NCBI GenBank assembly: GCA_964553685.1
Contig: CAZKLB010000001.1
Location: 83,952-147,951 of the forward strand
DNA length: 64,000 nucleotides
Source: an uncultured Marinoscillum sp.
Lineage (GTDB): Bacteria; Bacteroidota; Bacteroidia; Cytophagales; MED-G16
Direction of reading: 5' to 3'
Of this stretch, positions 38,641 through 47,935 are shown one piece after another; position 1 is the first letter of the stretch, and the number at the start of each line of letters is the position of its first letter. The position numbers were made by a program, and so were the translations under genes. The notes under the pieces were generated by a model. The model was not told where the DNA came from and ran no database searches. It saw only the letters and a list, made by a program, of their open reading frames with translations.

Positions 38641-39504
38641 ATGATGAAAATAAATAAGATTTTTGTACTTTTTGTTTTATTATCGTTCAGCTCTGTTGAT
38701 AGAACTTACGCTCAGGGAGAAGTGTCAAATGGCTACAACCCTTTGTCTTTAAGACAAGTACATGAATCTTATTTAATGTGGAAGAAAACATTATGGAGAA
38801 GGGTTGATCTTAAGGAAAAACAGAACAAACCTTTTTTTGCTATAAATAGGGAAATTTCTAAAATCATTTTTGACGCAGTACAAAGAGGGGTACTTATACC
38901 TTATAATAGCGATTCTGTAACAGATAATAATGTTATGGCACGTGAGGATTTTTTAATTAATGTTCAACAGGAAAATACTGATGTTGAAGATGATTTTGGT
39001 GGTGGATTTGAAGATGACCCTTTCGCTGCTGCTGATCCTTTCGCAGATGAGGTTGAGGAGGAAGAAGTAGCGGGTCCTCAATTTATACCAAACAGAGAAT
39101 TCTCAATATTTGAGATTAGAGAAGATTTATATTTTGATAGAGTACATTCTAGAATATATTTTGATATACAAGCAATAACAATGTATCTGCCAGGGGATAG
39201 TTTCTTTAATTTAACCGGGATTGAAAAACCTGTAGCTTCTTTTAGGTTTATAGATTTATATAATTTATTCAAATCAATGCCAAAGGAAGCAATATGGTTC
39301 AATGAAAATAATATTGCTCAACATAAAAATCTAGCAGATGCTTTCTTGTTAAGATTATTTAAAGGAATAATCGTAAAGATTGCAAATGCTGATGATATAA
39401 GGGTATCAGAATTGTTTTCAAAGTCTCGTAAGGATGGAATTATGGCTAGTTTTAAAGTTGAACAAGATCTTATAGAGTGGGAAGCTAACCTATGGGAATA
39501 CTAG
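38641..39504 (+). CDS. gldN: Gliding motility/T9SS protein GldN (PorN)
   Basis: Evidence: signal peptide, WRRVDLKEKQNKPFF block, and its position after gldM. It carries an acidic insert (see findings). Confidence 0.85.
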   Translation: MMKINKIFVLFVLLSFSSVDRTYAQGEVSNGYNPLSLRQVHESYLMWKKTLWRRVDLKEKQNKPFFAINREISKIIFDAVQRGVLIPYNSDSVTDNNVMAREDFLINVQQENTDVEDDFGGGFEDDPFAAADPFADEVEEEEVAGPQFIPNREFSIFEIREDLYFDRVHSRIYFDIQAITMYLPGDSFFNLTGIEKPVASFRFIDLYNLFKSMPKEAIWFNENNIAQHKNLADAFLLRLFKGIIVKIANADDIRVSELFSKSRKDGIMASFKVEQDLIEWEANLWEY

Positions 39505-39510
39505 TATTAC

Positions 39511-41313
39511 TTATTTAAAATATTCATAAATAATTTTGCCCATTTTTTTTCCTACTACTTTCGTTAACTCCTCTTCTTTAGCTGACTCAATTTTTTTAAT
39601 AGATTTAAAATAACTTATTAGTTTAATTCTTGTTTTTTCTCCCACACCTACAATACCATCAATTTCTGAATTGAGAAAAGTTTTACTTCTTAATGTTTTA
39701 TGATAATTAATTGCGAACCTGTGCGCTTCATTTCTTATATTTTGTATTAGTTTAAGATGTTGAGATTTTTTACCCAGATGTATTGGTACTGAGTCATTTG
39801 GAAAATAAATTTCTTCAAGTTTTTTAGCTATACCAATTATATTAATTTTTTTATCTAAGTTAAGTTTCTTGAGTATATCATATGAAGAGCTAAGTTGCCC
39901 TTTCCCTCCATCTATTATAATAAGATCTGGTATTGATAGTTTTTCTTTTAAAACTCTAGTGTATCTTCTCTCAACTACCTCTCTCATAGATTTAAAATCA
40001 TCTGGTTTTGATGAAGCACTTCTGATTTTATATTTTCTATATTCCTTCTTATTTGGATAACCATCTTTAAAAGAGACTAGAGAAGCTACAGTATTTGTCC
40101 CCTGAATATTTGATATGTCAAAGCATTCAATATTAAAAGGTATATTTTTGAGATTTAATTTATTTTTCAGGTCAATAAGAACAGTTACTTTCTTTGTTCT
40201 TCTCTCTTTTTTTTCGTTATATAAATTTTTCTTAAAAAAAAGTACGTTTTTAATACTCATATCTATTAATTTTTTTTTGTCACCATACTTAGGTATTTGA
40301 AAATCTGTTTTTTCATCTAAATACTTTTCTAAATTAATATTTGATATAAGTTTATTTTTTAATGTATTATGTTTTGATCTTAGGTTAAATATTATTTGTC
40401 TTATTTCAGAAAGGTTATTTAGGTTTTTCTTAGTTTTAAAGGTTTTTGAACAATTTATAATTCCATTATTAATTTTCATATAATTAATAAAGTATGATTT
40501 ATCATCATCTATAATTCCAATAATATCTAAGTTTTTAATTTTATCATTAACAACAATAGATTTAGACTGATAATTATCAAGAATTTCTAATTTTTCTTTT
40601 ATACTTTGCGACTTTTCAAACTCCAGAGATGAGGTAAATTTTTCCATCTTTTTTATTAGGTGATTTTTCACATTTTTAAAGTTGCCATTTAAAATTTCTC
40701 TTATATATTTTATGTTTTCATTGTATTCATCCTCGAACATTAAATCATTTTTTTCTTTATTATATTCTTTGAATCCTAATATTAAGGTATGGCCATTTTT
40801 AGAATGAATATTTAGTCCAATCTTATTTTTTGAATTATTAATTTTTTTCTCGGAGAAATTATAATTGCTAACTCTAATTGGATAAATATTGTTAATAATA
40901 TTTAATAAAGTATTAATTGTCTTTACGCTTGTGAAAGGACCAAAGTATTCAGACCCATCTTTGATGTATCTTCTAGTTAAAAATACTCTTGGAAATTTTT
41001 CATTTTTTATGCAAATCCAAGGATAAGTTTTATCATCTCTTAATAAAATATTGTATTTGGGTTTATCTTCTTTTATTAGATTATTTTCTAGTAATAAAGC
41101 GTCATGTTCAGATTCTGAGAGGACAAACTCAATATTTGATACCTCTTTAACCATCCTCTTTATTTTTTTATTTTCAACATTTTTTCTGAAATAGCTACTT
41201 ACTCTTTTTTTGAGATTTTTTGACTTTCCAACATAAATTATATCTTTATTTTCATTAAAAAATTTATATACTCCTGGTGATGGTGGAATAAATATTTTAT
41301 CAAAATGTTTCAT
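39511..41313 (-). CDS. uvrC: Excinuclease ABC subunit C
   Basis: Evidence: GIY-YIG motif (GVYKFFNENKDIIYVGKSKNLKKR), a UVR-like helix, an endonuclease V-like domain, and a C-terminal HhH region. Confidence 0.93.
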   Translation of the reverse strand: MKHFDKIFIPPSPGVYKFFNENKDIIYVGKSKNLKKRVSSYFRKNVENKKIKRMVKEVSNIEFVLSESEHDALLLENNLIKEDKPKYNILLRDDKTYPWICIKNEKFPRVFLTRRYIKDGSEYFGPFTSVKTINTLLNIINNIYPIRVSNYNFSEKKINNSKNKIGLNIHSKNGHTLILGFKEYNKEKNDLMFEDEYNENIKYIREILNGNFKNVKNHLIKKMEKFTSSLEFEKSQSIKEKLEILDNYQSKSIVVNDKIKNLDIIGIIDDDKSYFINYMKINNGIINCSKTFKTKKNLNNLSEIRQIIFNLRSKHNTLKNKLISNINLEKYLDEKTDFQIPKYGDKKKLIDMSIKNVLFFKKNLYNEKKERRTKKVTVLIDLKNKLNLKNIPFNIECFDISNIQGTNTVASLVSFKDGYPNKKEYRKYKIRSASSKPDDFKSMREVVERRYTRVLKEKLSIPDLIIIDGGKGQLSSSYDILKKLNLDKKINIIGIAKKLEEIYFPNDSVPIHLGKKSQHLKLIQNIRNEAHRFAINYHKTLRSKTFLNSEIDGIVGVGEKTRIKLISYFKSIKKIESAKEEELTKVVGKKMGKIIYEYFK

Positions 41314-41315
41314 TT

Positions 41316-43607
41316 TTAATATATGTCTGAGGCGTCAATTTTATCAATAATAATGTCCAGTGAATCAGATTTAATCTCATTGTTATATACAGAACAATCA
41401 ATCTCAACGTTTATTTTTTTAATAGGCTCATCAAACTTGCCTTTATCTATATTTAAGTTATCATCTGCATACACATCCATCATATATTGTTGCCATATTG
41501 GCATTGCTGTTCTCGCTCCTTGACCAAGCACCCAATTTCTAAAATGGATACTTCTATCGTCCCCACCTACCCATGCACCTGAAACTAAGTTATGTGTTAC
41601 TCCTATAAACCATCCGTCCGAAGCATTTTGTGTCGTTCCAGTTTTAGCACCAACATCGTTATTAATTGTAAGTTCAGGATTTAACCCTCTAGCTGTGCCA
41701 CCTTCTTCTTCCTTGGCCCCTTTTAACATGTGTAGCATTAAAAACGCAGTTTCTTCACTCAGGGCTTCTTTCTTTGTGGGAACAAATTCTTGAATTAAGT
41801 TACCATATTTGTCTTCAATCCTTGATATGAAAAATGGTTCAGTCCATATGCCTTTATTTATAAATGTACTATAGGCACCAACTAAATCAAATAATGATAC
41901 ATCTCCTCCTGCCCCTAAACAAACCGCAGGAACTGGGTCTAATTTACTTTGAATCCCTAATTTTTTAGCATAGTCTACAACAGTTGATGGAGATACTTTT
42001 TTTGTTATGAAAGCTGTTATTGAGTTTACTGATTTTGCCATAGCTCTTCTTAGTGTCATAGTTTCTCCACTCCATTTTCCGTTGTGATTATCTGGTCTCC
42101 AATAAGGTGGGTCTTGTCCTGGTAATTCAAAAACTACAGGAGCATCAACAACCGGGTAACAAGGTGAATATCCGTTGTCAATAGCTGCAGCATAAACAAT
42201 CGGTTTAATTGTCGAGCCAGGTTGTCTTCTTCCTTGTTTTACATGATCATATTTAAAAAATTTATGATTAATTCCTCCTACCCATGATCTAATATATCCA
42301 GTTTTAGGTTCAATTGAAATAAATCCTGCTTGAAGAAAGTTTTTATAATATTTTAGAGAATCCATGGTGCTAAATAATGTATCAACTTCACCTTCCCAAC
42401 TAAACACTTTCATCTTCTTTTTTTTATTTAGTAGTGAAAAAACTAACAAACTATCATTATCATTATTTTTCATTAAACTTTTGTAGTACCGCGTTCTTTT
42501 AATAGAATTTTTTAGAAAGTCTTTTATTTCAAATCCTTTTTCATCAATCCACGGATTTTTACCATCCCAATGGTCATCGAATATTTTTTGAAGTCTAGAC
42601 ATTTGATCACTAACTGCTTTTTCAGCATGTGCCTGCATTTGACTATTTATTGTAGTATAAATTTTAAGTCCATCTGAAAAAAGATCATAATTATTTTCTT
42701 TTGCCCACGAGATAAGATAGTTTCTAACGACAGTTCTGAAATATGTAGCTTGTCCAGCATTTTGATTTTCAACCTTATAAGTTAGGCCAAGTCCACTATT
42801 TTTTAATGAATCATATACTTTTTTATTTATAATTTCATATTTGTATAAATTATAAAATATTTCAGCTCTTTTTTTTAGAGCATTTTCAGGGTTAAAGTAA
42901 GGGTTATACTTTGTTGGCTTATTAAGTAGGCCTACGATTATCGAAGATTCATTATAATTAAGTTCAGAAGGTAATTTGTTAAAGTATGTTTTTGAAGCTA
43001 CTTTAATACCATAAGAGTTACTTCCGTATTCTGCTGTGTTAAGATACATTGCAAGGATTTCTTTTTTTGTATAAAACTCCTCTAATTTTATTGAAACTAT
43101 CCATTCTTTTACTTTTGAAATTACTAAACCAAGAAAAGGGACATTACTCAATTTTCCCTTATTCTCTCTTCTTATTTTAAATAGATTTTTCGCGAGCTGT
43201 TGTGTAATTGTACTACCGCCACCCTCTAAACCACTAGTTCCAAAGGTCAAGACATTTTTAAAAACACCATAGCTAGCTCGAACCAAACCTTTAAGATCAA
43301 TTCCTGAATGTTCATAATATCTTATATCTTCTGTTACCAATAAGGTTGTAATTAATTTTTCTGATAAATCATTAAATTCAATTGGAGACCTATTATACCT
43401 AAAATATTTTCCCAAAAGTTTATTATCGCTTGAATATAACTCAGAGGATAGTTCAGATTCTGGCTTCTCTAAATCTTGAAGGCTAGGCATATCACCAAAT
43501 AAGTTATATGGATTGTAGTTGACAGATACAATAAATGAGAATATTGAGATAATAGAAAATATTGTTAGAATCCAAATTCTCTTAAAAAATAGCTTTAGTC
43601 TATTCAT
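41316..43607 (-). CDS. mrcA: Bifunctional penicillin-binding protein 1A (GT51 transglycosylase + transpeptidase)
   Basis: Motifs: TEDIRYYEHSGID, GGSTITQQ, GSTIKP (SxxK), SVN, KTGTT. Confidence 0.92.
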   Translation of the reverse strand: MNRLKLFFKRIWILTIFSIISIFSFIVSVNYNPYNLFGDMPSLQDLEKPESELSSELYSSDNKLLGKYFRYNRSPIEFNDLSEKLITTLLVTEDIRYYEHSGIDLKGLVRASYGVFKNVLTFGTSGLEGGGSTITQQLAKNLFKIRRENKGKLSNVPFLGLVISKVKEWIVSIKLEEFYTKKEILAMYLNTAEYGSNSYGIKVASKTYFNKLPSELNYNESSIIVGLLNKPTKYNPYFNPENALKKRAEIFYNLYKYEIINKKVYDSLKNSGLGLTYKVENQNAGQATYFRTVVRNYLISWAKENNYDLFSDGLKIYTTINSQMQAHAEKAVSDQMSRLQKIFDDHWDGKNPWIDEKGFEIKDFLKNSIKRTRYYKSLMKNNDNDSLLVFSLLNKKKKMKVFSWEGEVDTLFSTMDSLKYYKNFLQAGFISIEPKTGYIRSWVGGINHKFFKYDHVKQGRRQPGSTIKPIVYAAAIDNGYSPCYPVVDAPVVFELPGQDPPYWRPDNHNGKWSGETMTLRRAMAKSVNSITAFITKKVSPSTVVDYAKKLGIQSKLDPVPAVCLGAGGDVSLFDLVGAYSTFINKGIWTEPFFISRIEDKYGNLIQEFVPTKKEALSEETAFLMLHMLKGAKEEEGGTARGLNPELTINNDVGAKTGTTQNASDGWFIGVTHNLVSGAWVGGDDRSIHFRNWVLGQGARTAMPIWQQYMMDVYADDNLNIDKGKFDEPIKKINVEIDCSVYNNEIKSDSLDIIIDKIDASDIY

Positions 43608-46051
43608 CTATTATATTTTAAAGCGTATGCAGAATAATTTTTTGATTTGAACATTAGATTTAAATTTTCCTCGCTTATAACAAAATTAATATTAAGTTTT
43701 AAATTTTCTTTATTTAAGTCATTATTGAATTTTATTTCTAATTTTTTAAGGGTATCATAATCATTGATTAGTAATACGTCTAACATTAAATTTTCTTTTA
43801 GATAAAAACTATTTCTTACTTTGAATTTCTTAAAGTCTTTAAGAACATTATTTAATATTTTTTCATAGGCATCTGTCTCATCATCATTTACAATGACAAA
43901 GAAGTATCTATCACTTTTATTTGATGAAAATTTTGGTAAACCACTGAAAATAAATTCTTTATGTACTTTTTCTGAAGCTTTTAATAATGTAGTAGCATAT
44001 TCGATTGTTGATTTTTCACTAGCGGAGTCCAAAAAGTTTTTTAATTCAAATTGTAGAGAAAAGTTTCCATTTTTTTTACCTCTAGCTATGGATTTTAGTA
44101 ATAAAATGTTTTCAAAAAAAGGATTTTTATTATAAAACTCATTTAGAGAATCTACCTTAAGTATAACATGATCATTCATTCCAGCAACAAGATTGCTATA
44201 AAGGCCATTGTATATGTCACGAACCTCATTATATTCTCTAAATTCATCAATTTCATAATTAGGGTTCAAAATTAGTTTAGTATATGTACTTTCTGGAAAT
44301 TTTTCTATCATAATATCTCTATAATAATTCTTGTTATTTGATACTAGGTAAAGTTGATAAAAGACATCTTCTAAAAATTGAGATTCATCAAACCTCTCAA
44401 TTAATTCTCGGTAGGTTTCAATGCCCTTTTCTATTTCATCTAGTTTTTGAATATAAATTTTACCAAGATCAAAAAATGCTTTTTCAGTCTCTAAGTTTAA
44501 AAGATCAACTTCTTTTTGATCAAAAGGCAACTCCTTCATCAAGGAATTTATATCTCCTTTTGGATCAGAGTTTATTTCTGTTTCTACCAAATCATTGTTT
44601 TCTAAATTCGATTCATTTTCAGATATTGTATTAAGTGTAATTTTTGATGATATTCTCCAATTATCCTTTAATTCTCTGTTTCCCCATTTTCTTTTGAATT
44701 CATTCAATCCAGTACTTATAATGGATGGATTGTTAAAATACCATACTCCTTTATTATCAGAAATTATTATTTCAGGCTCACTTAATATAAAGTTATTGTT
44801 TCTAAGATTATTTTTTTTAATTTTCTTCTCAGCAGATTTAATTTTCTTTTCTAAAATTAACATTAGTTCACTTTCTGGTAAAGTTGTAAGGTTAATTAAA
44901 CTATCATTTAAATTTATTTTTTCAATATTTTTTACGAGATCAGTAAGAACCTCACTTCTATTCTTGATTATATTATAATTTACATTTTCTCTGTTGATAT
45001 TAGTTAAAGCACTATCATAGTAAAGTTTTGATAGCTTATAGTTTATTATATCATAATAATATATATCTGCTGTTTTTATATATGCATCAAATAATAGCTC
45101 TCTATTTCCTTTGTTAAGGCTAACGGATAAAATGTATTTTTTAATTGCTTCTTCAAAATTTTTATTTGTTTCATAGTATTGTCCGTGTTCATAATAAATT
45201 CTGTCTTGGAAATCGAGATTTTTTTTATCTCTTATTAACTTTTTAAAGTAATCTTCCATGGAATTTTGATCTAGGCTTGAGGATGCTCTTGCGATATAAA
45301 TTTTTGAGTAAAACTCCATTTCAAAGGATGGATTATTTTTTAAACATTTATTTATATACTCTTTTGATTTTTCATAATTTTTTGTGCTTAAGTACATTTG
45401 ACCTAAGGCAAAGTATACTTTGTTTAACAAATCCTTTTTCTTAACAATATTCTCTAATTCAAAAAGCGCATTAAAAATTTCATCCTTCTTATTTAATATT
45501 TTAAATAAATGATAGCTGTTTAATAAAAACTCTATTTTCAAATCTTTTTCAATGGTTATGTTCTTAAGGTATTGATATACTTCAACCGCTGAGTCATAAT
45601 CTTTATTTTCAGTATAAGCTCTCATTAGATAAATGAGAGACATATTTTTAGATTTTTGGTTATTAGATTTTGAGTTTACATATTTTAAAGTTGTTATAGC
45701 TTGTTTAATATCCTGACTTAACATTCGAGATTTTCCAATCAATGAATAGCTTGGGTAAACATATTTAGAATCAGGATGTCTCTGAATCAGAATAGATAAT
45801 TTCTGTATGCTATTTAAACTTCTTTGTTTGATATTAGAAACTAAGTTCGTATCGATTTTATATGTTAGTTCAATTAGACTATCATATTCTAATATTATTT
45901 TTTCATATAAATCAGTTTCGATTTCATTTATGATTTCGTTTCCAATAAAGTATGCATTATATCTTGCTGTAGTATCGTCATAAAGTGTATTTATAATTGT
46001 ATTACACGATATAAATAAACCGGAGAAAAAAACAAGAATTTTATTTTTCAT
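43604..46051 (-). CDS. Large TPR-repeat lipoprotein (possible PorW/SprE-like T9SS component, unverified)
   Basis: Evidence: lipobox FISC, TTARYNAYF motif near the N-terminus, and repeated Y/A-rich TPR-like helices in the first half (AITTLKYV, YDSAVEVYQYL, ALGQMYLSTKNYEKSKEYINKCL). 815 aa, with a 4-nt overlap with ponA. Confidence 0.6.
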   Translation of the reverse strand: MKNKILVFFSGLFISCNTIINTLYDDTTARYNAYFIGNEIINEIETDLYEKIILEYDSLIELTYKIDTNLVSNIKQRSLNSIQKLSILIQRHPDSKYVYPSYSLIGKSRMLSQDIKQAITTLKYVNSKSNNQKSKNMSLIYLMRAYTENKDYDSAVEVYQYLKNITIEKDLKIEFLLNSYHLFKILNKKDEIFNALFELENIVKKKDLLNKVYFALGQMYLSTKNYEKSKEYINKCLKNNPSFEMEFYSKIYIARASSSLDQNSMEDYFKKLIRDKKNLDFQDRIYYEHGQYYETNKNFEEAIKKYILSVSLNKGNRELLFDAYIKTADIYYYDIINYKLSKLYYDSALTNINRENVNYNIIKNRSEVLTDLVKNIEKINLNDSLINLTTLPESELMLILEKKIKSAEKKIKKNNLRNNNFILSEPEIIISDNKGVWYFNNPSIISTGLNEFKRKWGNRELKDNWRISSKITLNTISENESNLENNDLVETEINSDPKGDINSLMKELPFDQKEVDLLNLETEKAFFDLGKIYIQKLDEIEKGIETYRELIERFDESQFLEDVFYQLYLVSNNKNYYRDIMIEKFPESTYTKLILNPNYEIDEFREYNEVRDIYNGLYSNLVAGMNDHVILKVDSLNEFYNKNPFFENILLLKSIARGKKNGNFSLQFELKNFLDSASEKSTIEYATTLLKASEKVHKEFIFSGLPKFSSNKSDRYFFVIVNDDETDAYEKILNNVLKDFKKFKVRNSFYLKENLMLDVLLINDYDTLKKLEIKFNNDLNKENLKLNINFVISEENLNLMFKSKNYSAYALKYNR

Positions 46052-46134
46052 TTAATATTTAAATCTAACATTTTACAAACGAAAGTATTTAATATATATT
46101 TTTATAAAAAATTTAAAATATAATTAAAGGAAAG

Positions 46135-46980
46135 TTGAGAAAGAAAATCATAAAATGGTTAAGTAAGAGGGTTCAAATTATTTTTAGAAATAAAAGAGAC
46201 TTTAAGGATATCTCTCTTTTTGAATTTTCAAATTTTAGTCTAATTTCCTACATAACTTTATTTTTTGTTCTTTCTTTTTCTATTTCATTTTTTTTGTCAA
46301 CAACTATTTTAAAAAGTTTTTTTGATCCTAGATTCTTAGAGCAAAAGGCTAATGAGGAATTAATTAGATTATCTAATTCAATAGACTCTCTTTCGTTACA
46401 AGCTGAGATTAAAGATCAGTACATAGAAAATATTATGATAATTCTTAATGGTGGTGAAAATAAAAATAATGAAGAGAATTTATCAGGAAAAACGTTTAAG
46501 CCTAAAGATCTTACCAATGATTATTCAGTAATTGATTCCTTTTTTAGAAAAGAATTTGAAAGTACCGTATCGAGCTCAAACCTAATTGGAAATGGAGGTG
46601 TTAATCAAGATTTTTTATTAATGCCACCCGTTTCTTCTGGAATAGTATTATCAGTATATGACCCTCTTAATAATCATTTTGGCGTAGATTTTGTTTGTAA
46701 AAAAGAAGAGCCTATTAAGGCGACCTTTGATGGAACTGTTTTAATGTCTTCGTGGACAAAAGATAGTGGTTATGTAATAAGCATTATTCATCCAAATAAT
46801 CTAATTTCAGTTTACAAGCATAACTCAAAGGTATTTGTAAAAACAGGTCAAAGTGTAAGCACTGGAGATGTCATTTCTATTATAGGTGATACTGGTGAAT
46901 TTTCTTCTGGTCCTCATTTACATTTTGAACTATGGATGGATGGTAAATCAATAAATCCTTCAGAATTTATATCATTATAA
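46135..46980 (+). CDS. Membrane-anchored M23 family metallopeptidase
   Basis: One N-terminal TM helix and a C-terminal LytM domain with HFGVD (HxxxD) and GPHLHFE (HxH). The start is TTG at 46135, and there is no nearby in-frame ATG. Confidence 0.8.
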   Translation: MRKKIIKWLSKRVQIIFRNKRDFKDISLFEFSNFSLISYITLFFVLSFSISFFLSTTILKSFFDPRFLEQKANEELIRLSNSIDSLSLQAEIKDQYIENIMIILNGGENKNNEENLSGKTFKPKDLTNDYSVIDSFFRKEFESTVSSSNLIGNGGVNQDFLLMPPVSSGIVLSVYDPLNNHFGVDFVCKKEEPIKATFDGTVLMSSWTKDSGYVISIIHPNNLISVYKHNSKVFVKTGQSVSTGDVISIIGDTGEFSSGPHLHFELWMDGKSINPSEFISL

Positions 46981-46981
46981 T

Positions 46982-46989
46982 TAAATTTG
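46982..46989 (+). promoter_or_regulatory. Candidate -7 box (TAAATTTG) upstream of the bactofilin-atp gene string
   Basis: Exact TAnnTTTG match 25 nt before the GTG start at 47014. I saw no matching -33 TTG. Confidence 0.3.
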
Positions 46990-47013
46990 TGTTTTTAAAT
47001 AAATCATATCATT

Positions 47014-47385
47014 GTGGATAACTCAAACGGATCAAACAACATAATTGGTGAAGGAAGTACTTTAACAGGTAATTTAAATTCATCAGGTAATATTAGATTA
47101 GAAGGAAAAGTTAAAGGGGATATTACATCTTCATCTAAGGTAGCTTGTGGAGAAACTTCAATTGTTGATGGGAATGTAACTGCTGATAATGCAGAAATTG
47201 CAGGTAAAGTGACGGGAAAAGTAACTGTAAATGATCTTCTTATACTCAAATCTTCAGCAAAAATTCAGGGTGATATTTCAACTAATAATCTAGTTATTGA
47301 ATCGGGTGCTAGTTTCAATGGAGCATGTGCTATGGGTACAGAGGAAAGTGTAGATGATGAACCTATAGAGGATGATGAAAAATAA
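47014..47385 (+). CDS. Bactofilin (polymer-forming cytoskeletal protein, DUF583)
   Basis: Beta-helical repeat pattern G.I.G.V.G.. throughout (GNIRLEGKVKGDI, VDGNVTADNAEIAGKVTGKV, IQGDISTNNLVIESGASFNG) and an acidic tail. GTG start. Confidence 0.8.
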   Translation: MDNSNGSNNIIGEGSTLTGNLNSSGNIRLEGKVKGDITSSSKVACGETSIVDGNVTADNAEIAGKVTGKVTVNDLLILKSSAKIQGDISTNNLVIESGASFNGACAMGTEESVDDEPIEDDEK

Positions 47386-47563
47386 GAGTTATCTTAAGTA
47401 TCTAAATCTCAGTTATCAATTTTTTTTTACTATTATCATTGCAGGCTTTGTAGGTTATTTCATTGATATATATCTAAACTTATCAATTTATATTCTAACA
47501 ATTTTATTTCCTATTATAGGATTTTTTTATTCGCTCTACAGGGTTTATCAAAATTTAAAATGA
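47372..47563 (+). CDS. AtpZ/AtpI-family small membrane protein
   Basis: 63 aa with two TM helices, located upstream of atpB as for the putative F0F1-ATPase subunit family. Confidence 0.6.
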   Translation: MMKNKSYLKYLNLSYQFFFTIIIAGFVGYFIDIYLNLSIYILTILFPIIGFFYSLYRVYQNLK

Positions 47564-47925
47564 AAAAAAGTATCTCTAATAGTTATATTTATTTTTTTGG
47601 TGCATTGGTTTTAACATACTTATTTTTTTTTTTCTTTAGATCAGATTTAATTCACAAATATTTTTTTTATATACTTTCATTTAATTTTTTAATTGATCTT
47701 ATATTTAAATTCCTAAATAAAGGAGTATTCGTAGGTCAAAACCATAGTGTATTAATTGTTATTTTTTCCACAATTTTAAGGCTTAGTTTGTCTATTATTT
47801 TTATTTTTTTATTTGGTCTTTTTGGAGTGGTTGACTTTATGTTATTCACAATAAATTATCTTGTAATTTTTTTATTATTTATAATATTTGAAATAACAAT
47901 TCTATTAATTAATTTGCAACGTTAA
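47560..47925 (+). CDS. Hypothetical four-TM membrane protein preceding atpB
   Basis: Very hydrophobic 121-aa ORF with an ATGA overlap with atpZ. I recognise no motif. It contains a T11 run. Confidence 0.45.
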   Translation: MKKSISNSYIYFFGALVLTYLFFFFFRSDLIHKYFFYILSFNFLIDLIFKFLNKGVFVGQNHSVLIVIFSTILRLSLSIIFIFLFGLFGVVDFMLFTINYLVIFLLFIIFEITILLINLQR

Positions 47926-47935
47926 TCAAGCTGTA

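Noticed and set aside
47004-47249. 81-aa minus-strand ORF antisense to the bactofilin gene, plus similar antisense or alternate-frame ORFs at 5061-5465, 16904-17281, 35310-35702 and 44595-44978
   Set aside because: All lie wholly inside genes whose products have strong family motifs. Their own translations lack motifs and are compositionally biased.
47623-47633. T11 homopolymer inside the 121-aa membrane ORF (also T10 at 16102-16111 and A11 at 24826-24836) as possible phase-variation tracts
   Set aside because: Long A/T runs are expected in DNA this AT-rich. The T11 run simply encodes FFFF in a hydrophobic helix and the others are intergenic. Without population data there is no evidence of length variation.
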